A stretch of 64,000 bases of DNA, from assembly GCF_001677475.2 (NCBI RefSeq), contig NZ_CP015229.1; one strand, given 5' to 3'. The DNA is from Escherichia coli (GTDB lineage: Bacteria > Pseudomonadota > Gammaproteobacteria > Enterobacterales > Enterobacteriaceae). Below the pieces are notes generated by a model that saw only the letters and a list, made by a program, of their open reading frames with translations, searched no databases and was not told the DNA's origin. The translations under genes were made by a program, and so were the position numbers. Within the stretch, counting starts at the first letter, position 1, and every line of letters starts with the position of its first letter. This document shows positions 29,377-38,942 of this stretch, piece by piece.

Positions 29377-29832
29377 TTAGCCCTCACCAGAAAGTTAAAT
29401 GCAATATTTCGCGGTCTGACGGCAACAAAATTCACACCATCACCCACAGAGTTACTGGTGAAATTAAATCGTGAAAATCCTGGCTGATTTCCGGCGATAC
29501 CATCATGAAAATTAATTGCGTGGCCCGCACCATCGCCTATATTCCCGGCAAACTGAGAAAAGTTTGTAGCTGCCTGCCAGCTTAATAATTCGCGACCACC
29601 GTCTACACCTCGCCCGTCATCCCAGATACGAATGAAATCACCGCGGGCTTCAGGTAATACCAGCGAAGGAAACACTTTCGCCAGCACAGGGTAATCAGTG
29701 GCAGAAAATTTCGCCCCGTTGAACTTCAAAAACACCATACCGGACCAGCTGTCGATTACAGTATTTGGCATTGCCGCGGAGGGCCAGAAGAACGGAACGC
29801 CAATAGCTGGAGTACCTTCTCCCAAACCAACG
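29373..29832 (-). CDS. alternative tail-fibre C-terminal variable segment (promoterless; fuses to H after inversion)
   Basis: Minus-strand ORF reading ...NVGLGEGTPAI... from the hix-like site, paralleling H ...[11 protein letters not shown]. Confidence 0.65.
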
Positions 29833-29840
29833 TTTAAGAA
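29815..29840. repeat. hix/gix-like crossover site (inverted copy)
   Basis: Reverse complement carries ttggtttgggagaag. Confidence 0.6.
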
Positions 29841-29897
29841 AATGCAGAGATTACGGCTAACTGGCATCATCCCCGGTTTTTATTCAGGGGATCCATC

Positions 29898-30497
29898 ATG
29901 CTTATTGGCTATGTCCGCGTATCAACAAATGACCAGAATACAGAATTGCAGCGTAACGCGCTGGAGTGCGCAGGATGTGAACTGATTTTTGAAGATAAAA
30001 TCAGCGGAACGAAATCAGCCAGACCGGGATTGAAAAAACTACTCAGAACGCTATCAGAAGGAGATACGCTGGTTGTCTGGAAGCTGGACAGACTGGGCAG
30101 AAGTATGAAACACCTGATCACGCTTATTGAGGAATTGCGGGAAAAAGGGGTTAATTTCCGTAGTCTGACGGACAGCATCGACACATCAACACCCATGGGG
30201 CGTTTCTTTTTTCACGTCATGGGGGCTTTAGCCGAAATGGAACGTGAATTAATTGTAGAGCGTACACTGGCCGGACTGGCAGCAGCACGCGCACAAGGAC
30301 GCATTGGCGGACGTCGCCCGAAGTTGACAAAAGAACAACACGAGCAAATAGCGAGGCTGATTAAAAACGGTCATGACAGGAAACAACTGGCGATCATTTA
30401 CGACATCGGCATATCGACGATTTATCGCTATCACCCTGCAGGCGATATACAGGCTGAAGAAACAACCAGGCAGACTCAGGAAAATGAAAACCGCTAA
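29898..30497 (+). CDS. pin: serine DNA invertase, Hin/Gin/Pin/Cin family
   Basis: 199 aa; N-terminal GYVRVSTNDQ catalytic-serine motif and C-terminal HTH; adjacent to invertible tail-fibre segment. Confidence 0.9.
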   Translation: MLIGYVRVSTNDQNTELQRNALECAGCELIFEDKISGTKSARPGLKKLLRTLSEGDTLVVWKLDRLGRSMKHLITLIEELREKGVNFRSLTDSIDTSTPMGRFFFHVMGALAEMERELIVERTLAGLAAARAQGRIGGRRPKLTKEQHEQIARLIKNGHDRKQLAIIYDIGISTIYRYHPAGDIQAEETTRQTQENENR

Positions 30498-30518
30498 TCT
30501 GACCATTAGCGGTTTTGC
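30489..30518 (+). terminator. intrinsic terminator after pin (ccgctaat...attagcgg + tttt)
   Basis: Hairpin followed by T run. Confidence 0.55.
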
Positions 30519-30523
30519 GTTAA

Positions 30524-31018
30524 TCAAAACAGCCCTTTAACGGAGCTGGCCGCGCTGTTAAGGGATGATGTGACCTTATCTTTGAAGCCGGACAGCATAT
30601 CACTGAATGATGAGGATTGCAGGCGCTCCCGCAAATCCTCATCACAGCGTTCAAGAGTCAGTGAAAATTCTATCTTTTTCGCCTTACCGTAGCGATCAAA
30701 CTCGGAACGGGTCGTATTCGTTTCAGTCAGTACATACATGCCGTAAATTTGCCCGACACCATCAATCAGAGGCCAGGGGCGTCCTGTATATGCCTGCGTG
30801 GTCAGCAACGAAAGCGACACTTCGCCACCTGTAATTTCAGGATAAAGCACGCCGGAAAGCACAATGCGATCATCACCTGCACCGATATACTGCCAGCTTG
30901 CTGAACGGTTAACGCGTTCATTTTTCACATGCCGCCAGCTTTTGTTTTGCTGTAACTGCTGATGCGGCAGTGTGCGCAGCTCAAAAACAAACATGCCGTA
31001 GATCATCATCATGACCAT
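30524..31018 (-). CDS. U: tail protein, P2 gpU-like
   Basis: 164 aa; last gene of the minus-strand FI-FII-E-T-U block. Confidence 0.7.
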   Translation of the reverse strand: MVMMMIYGMFVFELRTLPHQQLQQNKSWRHVKNERVNRSASWQYIGAGDDRIVLSGVLYPEITGGEVSLSLLTTQAYTGRPWPLIDGVGQIYGMYVLTETNTTRSEFDRYGKAKKIEFSLTLERCDEDLRERLQSSSFSDMLSGFKDKVTSSLNSAASSVKGLF

Positions 31019-31024
31019 GACTCC

Positions 31025-33868
31025 TCAATCTTTATCGTAAAAACTGCCACGTCCGGCACGGGCGCGCCGTTCCATCTCTGCCCTGACCATTTCACCGACC
31101 AGTTTCGCCAGTTCGCGGGGATTCTGCGTAACAACGTTATGCAGATGAACATGAATTTCACCGCCAAATCCGGAGACAGCAGGCTCCCGATTACGGGAAG
31201 CTGCAGGAACTGATGCCACTGGCGATCGTATGGCCTCCGCCACCGGGCGGGAGCTGGCCGCAACAACAGGGACCAGCGCCGGAGGCAGCGGAGCCGGGAC
31301 TACGGGTGTGATATTAATTGCGGGGGCAGGCTTACTGACCTGCGCAATCTTCCGCTCCTGCCACTCCCCACGAACAGCCAGTGCGCGGGGCAGGTTCTTA
31401 AAGACAATATCGCCGGGGCCAATGCGTTTTTTCGTCTCATCAACCAGCTTACCTGTGTTATCAGCAATTTTGCTGAGTCTGCGTAGCGTCCCGGTATTGC
31501 TGTCTGTGAGCGGTTTGTTGTCTTTGGGTTTATCACCTCCGGTGCCATTGCCATTTTCCACAGGCTTCGGCGGATTGATTTTCGCAAGGTCCCCCTGAAG
31601 CAAGGCAACCTTGTCCTGAAGAATGGCCGCACGCTGTGCGTCTTCGATTTTCTTGCGCGCCTTTTCCGCTTCATCCGGAAGGACGCCAAGTTTTTCAAGT
31701 ATCCACGCCAGCGTATCCAGTAGCATTTTTGCAGGTGTCAGAACAAGCTGTAACGCACCGCCAAGAACGTTACCGAATATCTCGCCAGCACTGGTACATT
31801 TATCCAGCGTTTCCTTGCTGGACTCCATCGGTGACAGCAGCGATTTAAACCAGTTAAACACCTGGCTGATCCCGCTTCCGATTGCGTCAAAAACAGGACC
31901 AAACCGTTCAAAGGTTTCGCGCAACGGGGTCAGCCTTTCCATAATCCCGCTGAACACCCCGGCATAAAACGCCTTGATGGGTTCCCAGTATTTCCAGATG
32001 AGAACCGCCGCAGCCACAAACGCGGCAACAATCAATCCGACCGGACTGAACAGCGCCCCGATAGCGCCACCCAGCAACGAGATGGAACCTGTTACCATTC
32101 CCCATAGTGCTGGCAGCACCCTGACGACATTCATTGATCCGGTCAGGAGAGAAAAACCAAGACGTAACGTGGCCAGTTTCCCGTGAAGCACGCCAATAAC
32201 CAGCGACAACGAGCCAATCGTTGCAGTCATTGCCAGCAACGCACCGCCTGCTATCAGTAGCTGGCGCGTCAGTGCCGGATGGGCCTGCGCCAGCGCCGTC
32301 ACCCTTGATACCACCCGCGTGAGCCACTGCGTGACAGAACGCAGCGGGCCGTCAATCAGATCTGCAATGCGGATGCGCAACCCTTCCCATGCACTGCCGA
32401 GTGATTTCAGATCGCCATCAAGGTTGTTGGCCATAACCTTTGCCGTGCGTTCAGCCTCACCGCGTGCGCCTTCAAGTTCTTTTCTCAGTTTGGGTAAGGA
32501 ACCGTCACCTGCCGCATCAACGAGGGCCATAAACGATGTGAAAGCCTCTTCCCCGGCGATGTCCTTAAAGAAGGATACCCGGTCAACTTCCCCGTATTTG
32601 CGGGTGGCTTTATAAAGGTCGGCCAGCACATCCTCCATCGGGCGCATTTTGCCGTTCGCGTCAGAAACTGCCACACCAAGCTCTTTCAGCGCCTCTGCTG
32701 CTGCCTTTGGCGGTGATGCCAGACGAGCCAGGCTGGCACGCATTGCCGTCCCGGCATCACTCCCTCTGATACCCATATTCGCCAGCACGCCCGCCATCGC
32801 TGCGGCCTGCTCCAGCGATATTCCCAGCTTACCCGCCACCGGACCTGCATATTTCATGGTTTCGCCCAGTGCGCGAAGGTCAGTGTTGGTACGGGTAAAC
32901 GCTGCGGTGAGTGTGTCACCAACCCGGTCCATCTGGTCAGCAGAAAGGCCGAACTGCGTCAGGATATTTGAGCCAATATCCGCCGTCTCGCCGAGATCCA
33001 TACCGCCAGCCGTTGCCATGCTCAACACGCCGGGAAGCGCAGCCTGAATGGCCTGCGGTGTGAAGCCAGCCATTGCAAGAAATGCCTGTCCACTGGCGGC
33101 ATCGCCTGCGGTGAACTGCGTTTCAGAGCCAAGTTTTAACGCCTGCTCACGCAGCGCCTTAAACTGTGGGCTGTTCTGGTCGATTCGCGTCAGTGCCTGA
33201 ACGCGGGACATCTCTTTCCCGAACCCGATCGCAGGCTGCAAAAAACGCCCGGCAGCATAGCCGCCAGCCGCTGCCGCACCAATTGCCAGCGCACCACCTG
33301 TTTTCAGTTTTCCAGCAGTTTCCTGCGCGCGCGAATACCGCTCACGCGCCCGCGTTACACGCGCAAGCGTCTGCCGTTCGCGTTCAAGCTGGTTGTTGTA
33401 CTGTTCGGTGCGTCTGATGGCCTGCTGGATGGTGTTATCGCTGCCTGTCAGGGAAATGCCGTGGCGTTTCAGCTCTCCGCCAAGCTCCCGCATTTTCTGA
33501 ATTTCCCGTGTGCGCGATTCATTCAGGCGTTCAAGCCGGGTGCTTAACTGCTGCATCAGCTTTTGTTGTTTTTCGCTGAGCACTGTACCCGTGCGTTGTA
33601 ACTGATTAAGGGCGTTAAGCTGGCGTCGTGCTTTCACGATGCCCGCATCCGCTTTACTGACAGCGTCACGGGCGCGCTCAAACGAACGCGCCTGACGCTC
33701 GAGATTTTTGATCGCCCCCTGCGTTCGCTGGATGGAGTCACCAAACTGCCCCATCAGGCGGCGGGCGTTTTCGGCAGGCCGGGTCAGCCTGTCAACGGCG
33801 CTGAAAGCGACCCGGATATCAAGAGTCTTCATTGTCTGCATTCCCGCTGCGAAGTGCCGCCCGCTCAC
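31025..33868 (-). CDS. T: tail tape measure protein, P2 gpT-like
   Basis: 947 aa, helical/Gly-Ala-rich; synteny. Confidence 0.85.
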   Translation of the reverse strand: MSGRHFAAGMQTMKTLDIRVAFSAVDRLTRPAENARRLMGQFGDSIQRTQGAIKNLERQARSFERARDAVSKADAGIVKARRQLNALNQLQRTGTVLSEKQQKLMQQLSTRLERLNESRTREIQKMRELGGELKRHGISLTGSDNTIQQAIRRTEQYNNQLERERQTLARVTRARERYSRAQETAGKLKTGGALAIGAAAAGGYAAGRFLQPAIGFGKEMSRVQALTRIDQNSPQFKALREQALKLGSETQFTAGDAASGQAFLAMAGFTPQAIQAALPGVLSMATAGGMDLGETADIGSNILTQFGLSADQMDRVGDTLTAAFTRTNTDLRALGETMKYAGPVAGKLGISLEQAAAMAGVLANMGIRGSDAGTAMRASLARLASPPKAAAEALKELGVAVSDANGKMRPMEDVLADLYKATRKYGEVDRVSFFKDIAGEEAFTSFMALVDAAGDGSLPKLRKELEGARGEAERTAKVMANNLDGDLKSLGSAWEGLRIRIADLIDGPLRSVTQWLTRVVSRVTALAQAHPALTRQLLIAGGALLAMTATIGSLSLVIGVLHGKLATLRLGFSLLTGSMNVVRVLPALWGMVTGSISLLGGAIGALFSPVGLIVAAFVAAAVLIWKYWEPIKAFYAGVFSGIMERLTPLRETFERFGPVFDAIGSGISQVFNWFKSLLSPMESSKETLDKCTSAGEIFGNVLGGALQLVLTPAKMLLDTLAWILEKLGVLPDEAEKARKKIEDAQRAAILQDKVALLQGDLAKINPPKPVENGNGTGGDKPKDNKPLTDSNTGTLRRLSKIADNTGKLVDETKKRIGPGDIVFKNLPRALAVRGEWQERKIAQVSKPAPAINITPVVPAPLPPALVPVVAASSRPVAEAIRSPVASVPAASRNREPAVSGFGGEIHVHLHNVVTQNPRELAKLVGEMVRAEMERRARAGRGSFYDKD

Positions 33869-34357
33869 GCCAGCTAACCACTTCGCCGGGCGTCATCATG
33901 AAGATTTCGGCGGGCGACCAGTTAAAAATGGCGGCGATATCTGCCACCAGATCTTCGATGTGCTCAAAGCACACCAGGGTAATTACGCTGCCGTCTCCTG
34001 CACGCTCTTCGCGCCAGAGTCTGGCTCGCTCATAAAATTTACAGCCACAGCGCACAACTGAATAAAATCGCGTGACGACATTTTTTTAATCATCACTTCA
34101 TCCAGTCGTGGCGAGGTCACGCGAGGCAACAGCGTAAACATGGTATCCGCTTTCAGATTCAGCACATCAGACAGCGACAGACCACGCAGGGATCCAGCCT
34201 GCTCAATAGCCCCGGTGATCTCCACATACGTGATTTTTTCGCCACCACGCTCAATTGGTCGGGTCAGTTTTACGCCACGTTCGACAGCCATATCCTCACC
34301 TGCCGTCACATCATCCGCCACGGTGTTATTCCGGGTTTCAGTATCGATGTCTTTCAT
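33819..34357 (-). CDS. tail assembly chaperone E+E' (predicted -1 programmed frameshift product)
   Basis: A7 slippery run (plus-strand ttttttt at 34081-34087) inside E; the -1 frame stays open to 33819 and overlaps the T start. Confidence 0.55.
33983..34357 (-). CDS. E: tail assembly chaperone, P2 gpE-like
   Basis: 124-aa ORF between tube and tape measure genes. Confidence 0.7.
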   Translation of the reverse strand: MKDIDTETRNNTVADDVTAGEDMAVERGVKLTRPIERGGEKITYVEITGAIEQAGSLRGLSLSDVLNLKADTMFTLLPRVTSPRLDEVMIKKMSSRDFIQLCAVAVNFMSEPDSGAKSVQETAA

Positions 34358-34412
34358 CAGTTGTCTCCTTTTCAGTCAGAGGCGACGCACTGCGCCGCCT
34401 GCATATTACTTA

Positions 34413-34925
34413 TCAGCCAAGCCCAAGCGCGGAACGGATACGGTCAGGCACAATGTCCTTGCCGTCCTTCCGGTAGATGTGGTTCAACAGGTCGATTTCC
34501 CACAGCGGGCGATCGTTAACGCTCAGCTTGTAGTAGGTGTTTTTGACAGCGTAAGTGTGTGATGTGGCTTCGCCCTGTTTGGCTTCCCCCATATCAATTT
34601 CCGTCACACGCCCACGCATCTCGATTTCATACAGATCGCTTTCTGCATCGGTGTAGTATTCACCCGCAAAACGCAGCAGCGTGCCGTCAATCGTGCCGCC
34701 ATATTTAAGGAACAGCGCACGAACAGCTCCCCCCATGACAAAACTCGCATCAAGCGCGGAGTCGTCCAGACCGAGATCAATACTTACCGCCCCCATCATG
34801 CCACCACCACGATAGCTGTCGGTTTTGCGCGTCAGTTTGGGCGGCGTGACGGATGTCACTTTACCCACTTCGTTTTCACCATCCACAAACAACGTAAAAA
34901 AGCGAAGATGTTTTGGTACAGCCAT
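34413..34925 (-). CDS. FII: tail tube protein, P2 gpFII-like
   Basis: 170 aa; synteny. Confidence 0.85.
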   Translation of the reverse strand: MAVPKHLRFFTLFVDGENEVGKVTSVTPPKLTRKTDSYRGGGMMGAVSIDLGLDDSALDASFVMGGAVRALFLKYGGTIDGTLLRFAGEYYTDAESDLYEIEMRGRVTEIDMGEAKQGEATSHTYAVKNTYYKLSVNDRPLWEIDLLNHIYRKDGKDIVPDRIRSALGLG

Positions 34926-36109
34926 CAGGCACCTCCCAGCACCGCAAATGCGGGACCAAAGAATTCATCAGTAAACGTCTGGTAAAGCTCCATGTCTTCC
35001 AGCGGGGGAACAGGCGTATATTTGTAGCGAATACGCACACGTCCCTGACGTAAATTCGTGGTGCCGTTATCCACCACGTCATACCAGCACTCCGCGCCAA
35101 TCAGTTTCCCGGCAGTAACCAGCGAATCCAGTTTTGCCCTGATGGCACTGATAACATCCTTCACGTTCGCAGGCGTCAGTGGACTGTCGATGGTTTCAAA
35201 CTGCGCTTCCGCAATTGAATCAGCCAGCACCTGTGCGGTTCGGGTATACACCTCAAAGATGTAGGCGTTCGTTTCCGGTGTGCGGTTGCCCCAGAAGCGG
35301 AACCCGTTGCGACGAATAATGGTCGTGATTTCTTTGTTGTTGAGGCTGTTGGCATCGCTGTCTTCGGCCTGCAACGACCAGAACACATGCCTCGACATCC
35401 CCAGCACATTTTTAACCGGAACGTTGGACAGTGATTTGTGCCATCCCTGCTCATGGTCAATGTACGCACGAAGGCCGCACGCATAGGCAGGCGCGGGGAA
35501 CGTTTCGTTTTTGCCACTTTTCGGGTTGTAGGCGATGAAGTCTGGCCATAAGAGCATCACCTCACGTTCGTTGAATTTCTGGCGGTAGGTAATTGCCTCG
35601 GCCATCGTGTTACAGCCATGACATGAGGCATACACAAACGCGCGCAGTTTACCCGCAATCACGCACAGGGATTTTGTCACCGCCTCCGTGTCCAGCTCCG
35701 GCGCGGCCAGAATACGCGGACGGTATCCGATGCTTTCATCCTGCTCTGCAACAAGCAGCGCATACATCCCCGTATAGCTGCCGTCAGATTCAGAACCACC
35801 GATAACCAGTTGATCCTGCGTTTTTCCGTCTTCTTCTTTGTGTTCAGCCACGCGAACGACGATCACCTTTGTGCTCACCTGGTCTGCGATGGCCTTAAGC
35901 GCACGATAAAGCGTCCCCGTTGTTCCGCATTTTCCCAGCACGTCATTGACGCGGGTCAGCAGTGTGGGCTTGTTCAGCGGGAACAGCTCCGCGTCCGCAT
36001 CATCTGCCGTTGCCACGATACCGATAACACTGGAATCAACATCATTAATCGCTGTTACCAGGTCGGTACTTTCCGTAACACGGGCACCATGAAAACGAGT
36101 TTCACTCAT
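34925..36109 (-). CDS. FI: contractile tail sheath protein, P2 gpFI-like
   Basis: 394 aa; motifs GWHKSLSNV, IRRNGFRFWGNRT, YTRTAQV, YTPVPPLE match recalled P2 FI. Confidence 0.9.
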   Translation of the reverse strand: MSETRFHGARVTESTDLVTAINDVDSSVIGIVATADDADAELFPLNKPTLLTRVNDVLGKCGTTGTLYRALKAIADQVSTKVIVVRVAEHKEEDGKTQDQLVIGGSESDGSYTGMYALLVAEQDESIGYRPRILAAPELDTEAVTKSLCVIAGKLRAFVYASCHGCNTMAEAITYRQKFNEREVMLLWPDFIAYNPKSGKNETFPAPAYACGLRAYIDHEQGWHKSLSNVPVKNVLGMSRHVFWSLQAEDSDANSLNNKEITTIIRRNGFRFWGNRTPETNAYIFEVYTRTAQVLADSIAEAQFETIDSPLTPANVKDVISAIRAKLDSLVTAGKLIGAECWYDVVDNGTTNLRQGRVRIRYKYTPVPPLEDMELYQTFTDEFFGPAFAVLGGA

Positions 36110-36266
36110 AGCTTCAGCCCCTTGTATCCGTTAAATGATTCGGCAACAATCATCACCCACCACGCGCGTAATCTCACCCCTGCGCCGTTCTCCCGCCACG
36201 GCGACAACAAAAAGCAGTAATCCCCTCCGCACGCACATGCGACCATGCCGCACAGGGAGGGAACAG

Positions 36267-37376
36267 ATGACCGACACCACCATGCAATTGCTCAGTCAGG
36301 GCACAGACCCCGTGAAAATGCCGGATTTTGATATTCTCGCGGAGGGTAAAACGCTGTCAGGCGTGGCAGAGCGCCTGATGAGCCTGTCACTGACCGACAA
36401 CCGGGGATTTGAGGCGGACCAGCTCACCATCACGCTGGATGATGCGGATGGTCAGTTGCAGCTACCGCCACGGGGCGTGCGCCTGACGGTTCTCATTGGC
36501 TGGAAAGGAGAACCGCTGACAGAAAAAGGCACTTACATTGTTGATGAAATCGCTCACGAAGGACCGCCGGACAGGCTGACTGTTTCAGCCAGAAGCGCAG
36601 ATTTTCGGGATGAATTTAACGTTAAACGTGAGGTGTCCTGGCATGATGTGACCGTTGAGCGTGTGGTATCCGCCATCGCTCATCGGTACGGTCTGAAACC
36701 GCAAATCAGCGAAATGCTGATGGATATCGAAATCGACCACGCCGACCAGACCGAAGAAAGCGACATGTCCTTCCTTACGCGCATGGCGGAAATGCTGGGC
36801 GCAATCACCACGGTAAAAAGCGGCAATCTGTTATTCATCATGCCAGGTGGTGGCGTGAACGCACAGGGCCAGCCGTTGCCATCGTTCGCCATCACACGCA
36901 GCAGCGGCGATCGCCATCAGTTCCGCATTGCTGACCGCGAGGCGTATACGGGGGTGCGCGCCTACTGGCTTGATCTTAACTATGGGAAAAAGAAAAAAGT
37001 CAGCGTGAAACGCCGCAAACCACCCAAACCGAAAAAGGAGAAAAGCAGCAGCCGCGAAGGTGACTATATGGAAGGTGCGGAAGGCAACGTGTTTGTGTTA
37101 CGCAAGACTTATCAGAACGAGCAGGCAGCAAGACGCGCAGCGGCGGCAAAGTGGCAGCAGCTACAACGCGGAGCCGCATCATTTTCCATCACGCTGGCAC
37201 GTGGACGCGCAGAACTCTACCCCGAAATGCATGGCACAGTAACAGGATTTAAAAGCGAGATTGATAATCAGGACTGGATTATTGCAAAAGCCGAGCACAC
37301 CATTGATAACAGCGGCTTTACCACGCAGCTTGAGCTTGAGGCAAAAATCCCGGAATGGATAGCAGAAACAGAGTGA
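36267..37376 (+). CDS. D: tail protein / late control protein, P2 gpD-like
   Basis: 369 aa; MSLSLTDNRGFEADQLTITLDD..., DHADQTEESDMSFLTR, GFTTQLELE match recalled P2 gpD. Confidence 0.9.
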   Translation: MTDTTMQLLSQGTDPVKMPDFDILAEGKTLSGVAERLMSLSLTDNRGFEADQLTITLDDADGQLQLPPRGVRLTVLIGWKGEPLTEKGTYIVDEIAHEGPPDRLTVSARSADFRDEFNVKREVSWHDVTVERVVSAIAHRYGLKPQISEMLMDIEIDHADQTEESDMSFLTRMAEMLGAITTVKSGNLLFIMPGGGVNAQGQPLPSFAITRSSGDRHQFRIADREAYTGVRAYWLDLNYGKKKKVSVKRRKPPKPKKEKSSSREGDYMEGAEGNVFVLRKTYQNEQAARRAAAAKWQQLQRGAASFSITLARGRAELYPEMHGTVTGFKSEIDNQDWIIAKAEHTIDNSGFTTQLELEAKIPEWIAETE

Positions 37377-37502
37377 ACAACCTCGACGTTTTATTTAATA
37401 TACAAAAGCCTTCTGGACACGGTAAGGCAAGAACAAGGATAGAAGATCCTTTACAGTCAGAGTTACAGGTTATACCTGTAAGCAAAAACAAAGGCATATA
37501 TT

Positions 37503-38261
37503 ATGTTCAGTTTGTTTTCGTTAACTGCCGGAGCAAATGTGCGCTGGCATGATTTACCTGGTCAGGGTATTCCTGTTGTTTTTATTCATGGACTTGGCTG
37601 TTCCTCTTCTTATGAATATCCACGGGTTGTTGCAGATCCTGTATTTGGTGGACAACGAGCGATATTGATAGATCTCCCTGGATATGGATTCAGTGATAAG
37701 CCTAAAGGATTCGATTACAGCATATCCCATCAAGCTAAGGTTGTTATTGAAGTAGTAGAAACCTTAAATCTCTCACAGTTCCATATTTATGGTCACAGTA
37801 TGGGGGGAAGTATTGCGATTGAAGTAGCCAGACAACTACATGAGAGAACAAGAAAGCTTGTGGTTTCTGAGCCTAATTTTCACTCTGGTGGAGGTACCTA
37901 TAGCCGTAAGATAATAGAGAAGCCAGAAGCAGAGTTTATTTCGCATATATATAATGAATTACTGGAGTGTGAAACATCCCCATGGAAAGGTGAACTCCAG
38001 AATGCAGCCCCATGGGCAATATGGCGAGGAGCCAAAAGTCTGGTTGATGGAACCACTCCATCATGGCGAGATATATTCCTTAATCTGTCCTGTTCACGAA
38101 CACTAATTTTTGGCGAACAATCATTGCCAGATAATGATTTCCAGTATATAAAAGAATCAGGAATATCTGTTGCAATAGTGCCAAACGCCGGACACTCCAT
38201 GTCATGGGAAAACCCATCAGCACTGGCCGAAATTTTACACACAGAATTTTATAAAGAGTAA
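37503..38261 (+). CDS. alpha/beta-hydrolase fold protein (esterase/lipase-type), prophage cargo
   Basis: 252 aa; oxyanion HGLG, nucleophile elbow GHSMGG, C-terminal His (NAGHS); AT-rich island between D and ogr. Confidence 0.7.
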   Translation: MFSLFSLTAGANVRWHDLPGQGIPVVFIHGLGCSSSYEYPRVVADPVFGGQRAILIDLPGYGFSDKPKGFDYSISHQAKVVIEVVETLNLSQFHIYGHSMGGSIAIEVARQLHERTRKLVVSEPNFHSGGGTYSRKIIEKPEAEFISHIYNELLECETSPWKGELQNAAPWAIWRGAKSLVDGTTPSWRDIFLNLSCSRTLIFGEQSLPDNDFQYIKESGISVAIVPNAGHSMSWENPSALAEILHTEFYKE

Positions 38262-38621
38262 AATTGCTCATATATAAATGTTGTTCCATCAGTATCATAT
38301 TATCAAAGGGCAGGAGGTAAATTTATCTTCTGCCATTTCACTCAAATCAGGCGATTTGATAGCACGCATTTTATGAGATGCTTGAAACTTATAAATATAT
38401 AAGAACGTCTTGTTATCAAAATATATAAGCACAGAAAGCAAACACTTTCCCATAATTACTTTGTTAATTTTTTGCCTGATAATAAATGGCATAATAAACA
38501 GTATCAGAGAGTATTTTTATTAATAATTAAACACACATTCCTCAATCTGACATGACTGTTAGTTGGCATATTTACAAATACAATTTAAAATAACGACAGC
38601 AAAACGTTAAGGGAGGTCGCT

Positions 38622-38882
38622 ATGTTCCGTTGTCCGCTTTGTGGCGCATCTGCCCGTATCCGCACCAGTCGTCCAGAAAATGATTCAAACACCGTACGGC
38701 AAAAGTATTACCAATGTAACAACCTGGAATGCGGCGTATGCTTCTCAACACTGGAAGCTTTCCATAAATTCACATCGAAACACGCCTCCGGCGCTCACTC
38801 TTCAGAAAGTATCCCGTGGCATGAACTGCCAGCTTCCCACAGAGGAAACAATCAGATGAGTTTGCCCTTACCTCAAAATTAA
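38622..38882 (+). CDS. ogr: late gene transcription activator, Ogr/Delta zinc-finger family
   Basis: MFRCPLCGASARIRTSR...YYQCNNLECGVCF resembles recalled P2 Ogr (CPLC...C..C). Confidence 0.85.
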   Translation: MFRCPLCGASARIRTSRPENDSNTVRQKYYQCNNLECGVCFSTLEAFHKFTSKHASGAHSSESIPWHELPASHRGNNQMSLPLPQN

Positions 38883-38942
38883 CAGGCAGAATTGCCGGAG
38901 TAACAAAAAAGCGATAGATTACGCGCGGGTGCCTTTCGGCTG

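Noticed and set aside
31230-33417. Plus-strand ORFs of 70-132 aa within the tape measure gene
   Set aside because: Antisense to gene T; Ala/Ser/Pro-rich low-complexity translations.
36135-36266. Longer 413-aa version of gene D starting at 36135
   Set aside because: The N-terminal 44 residues are Pro/Arg/Ser-rich without an RBS; ATG 36267 has a strong gggaggg RBS and gives a P2 D-like N-terminus.
38295-38492. 65-aa minus-strand ORF in the AT-rich spacer upstream of ogr
   Set aside because: AT-rich, no RBS and odd composition; more likely promoter/spacer DNA.
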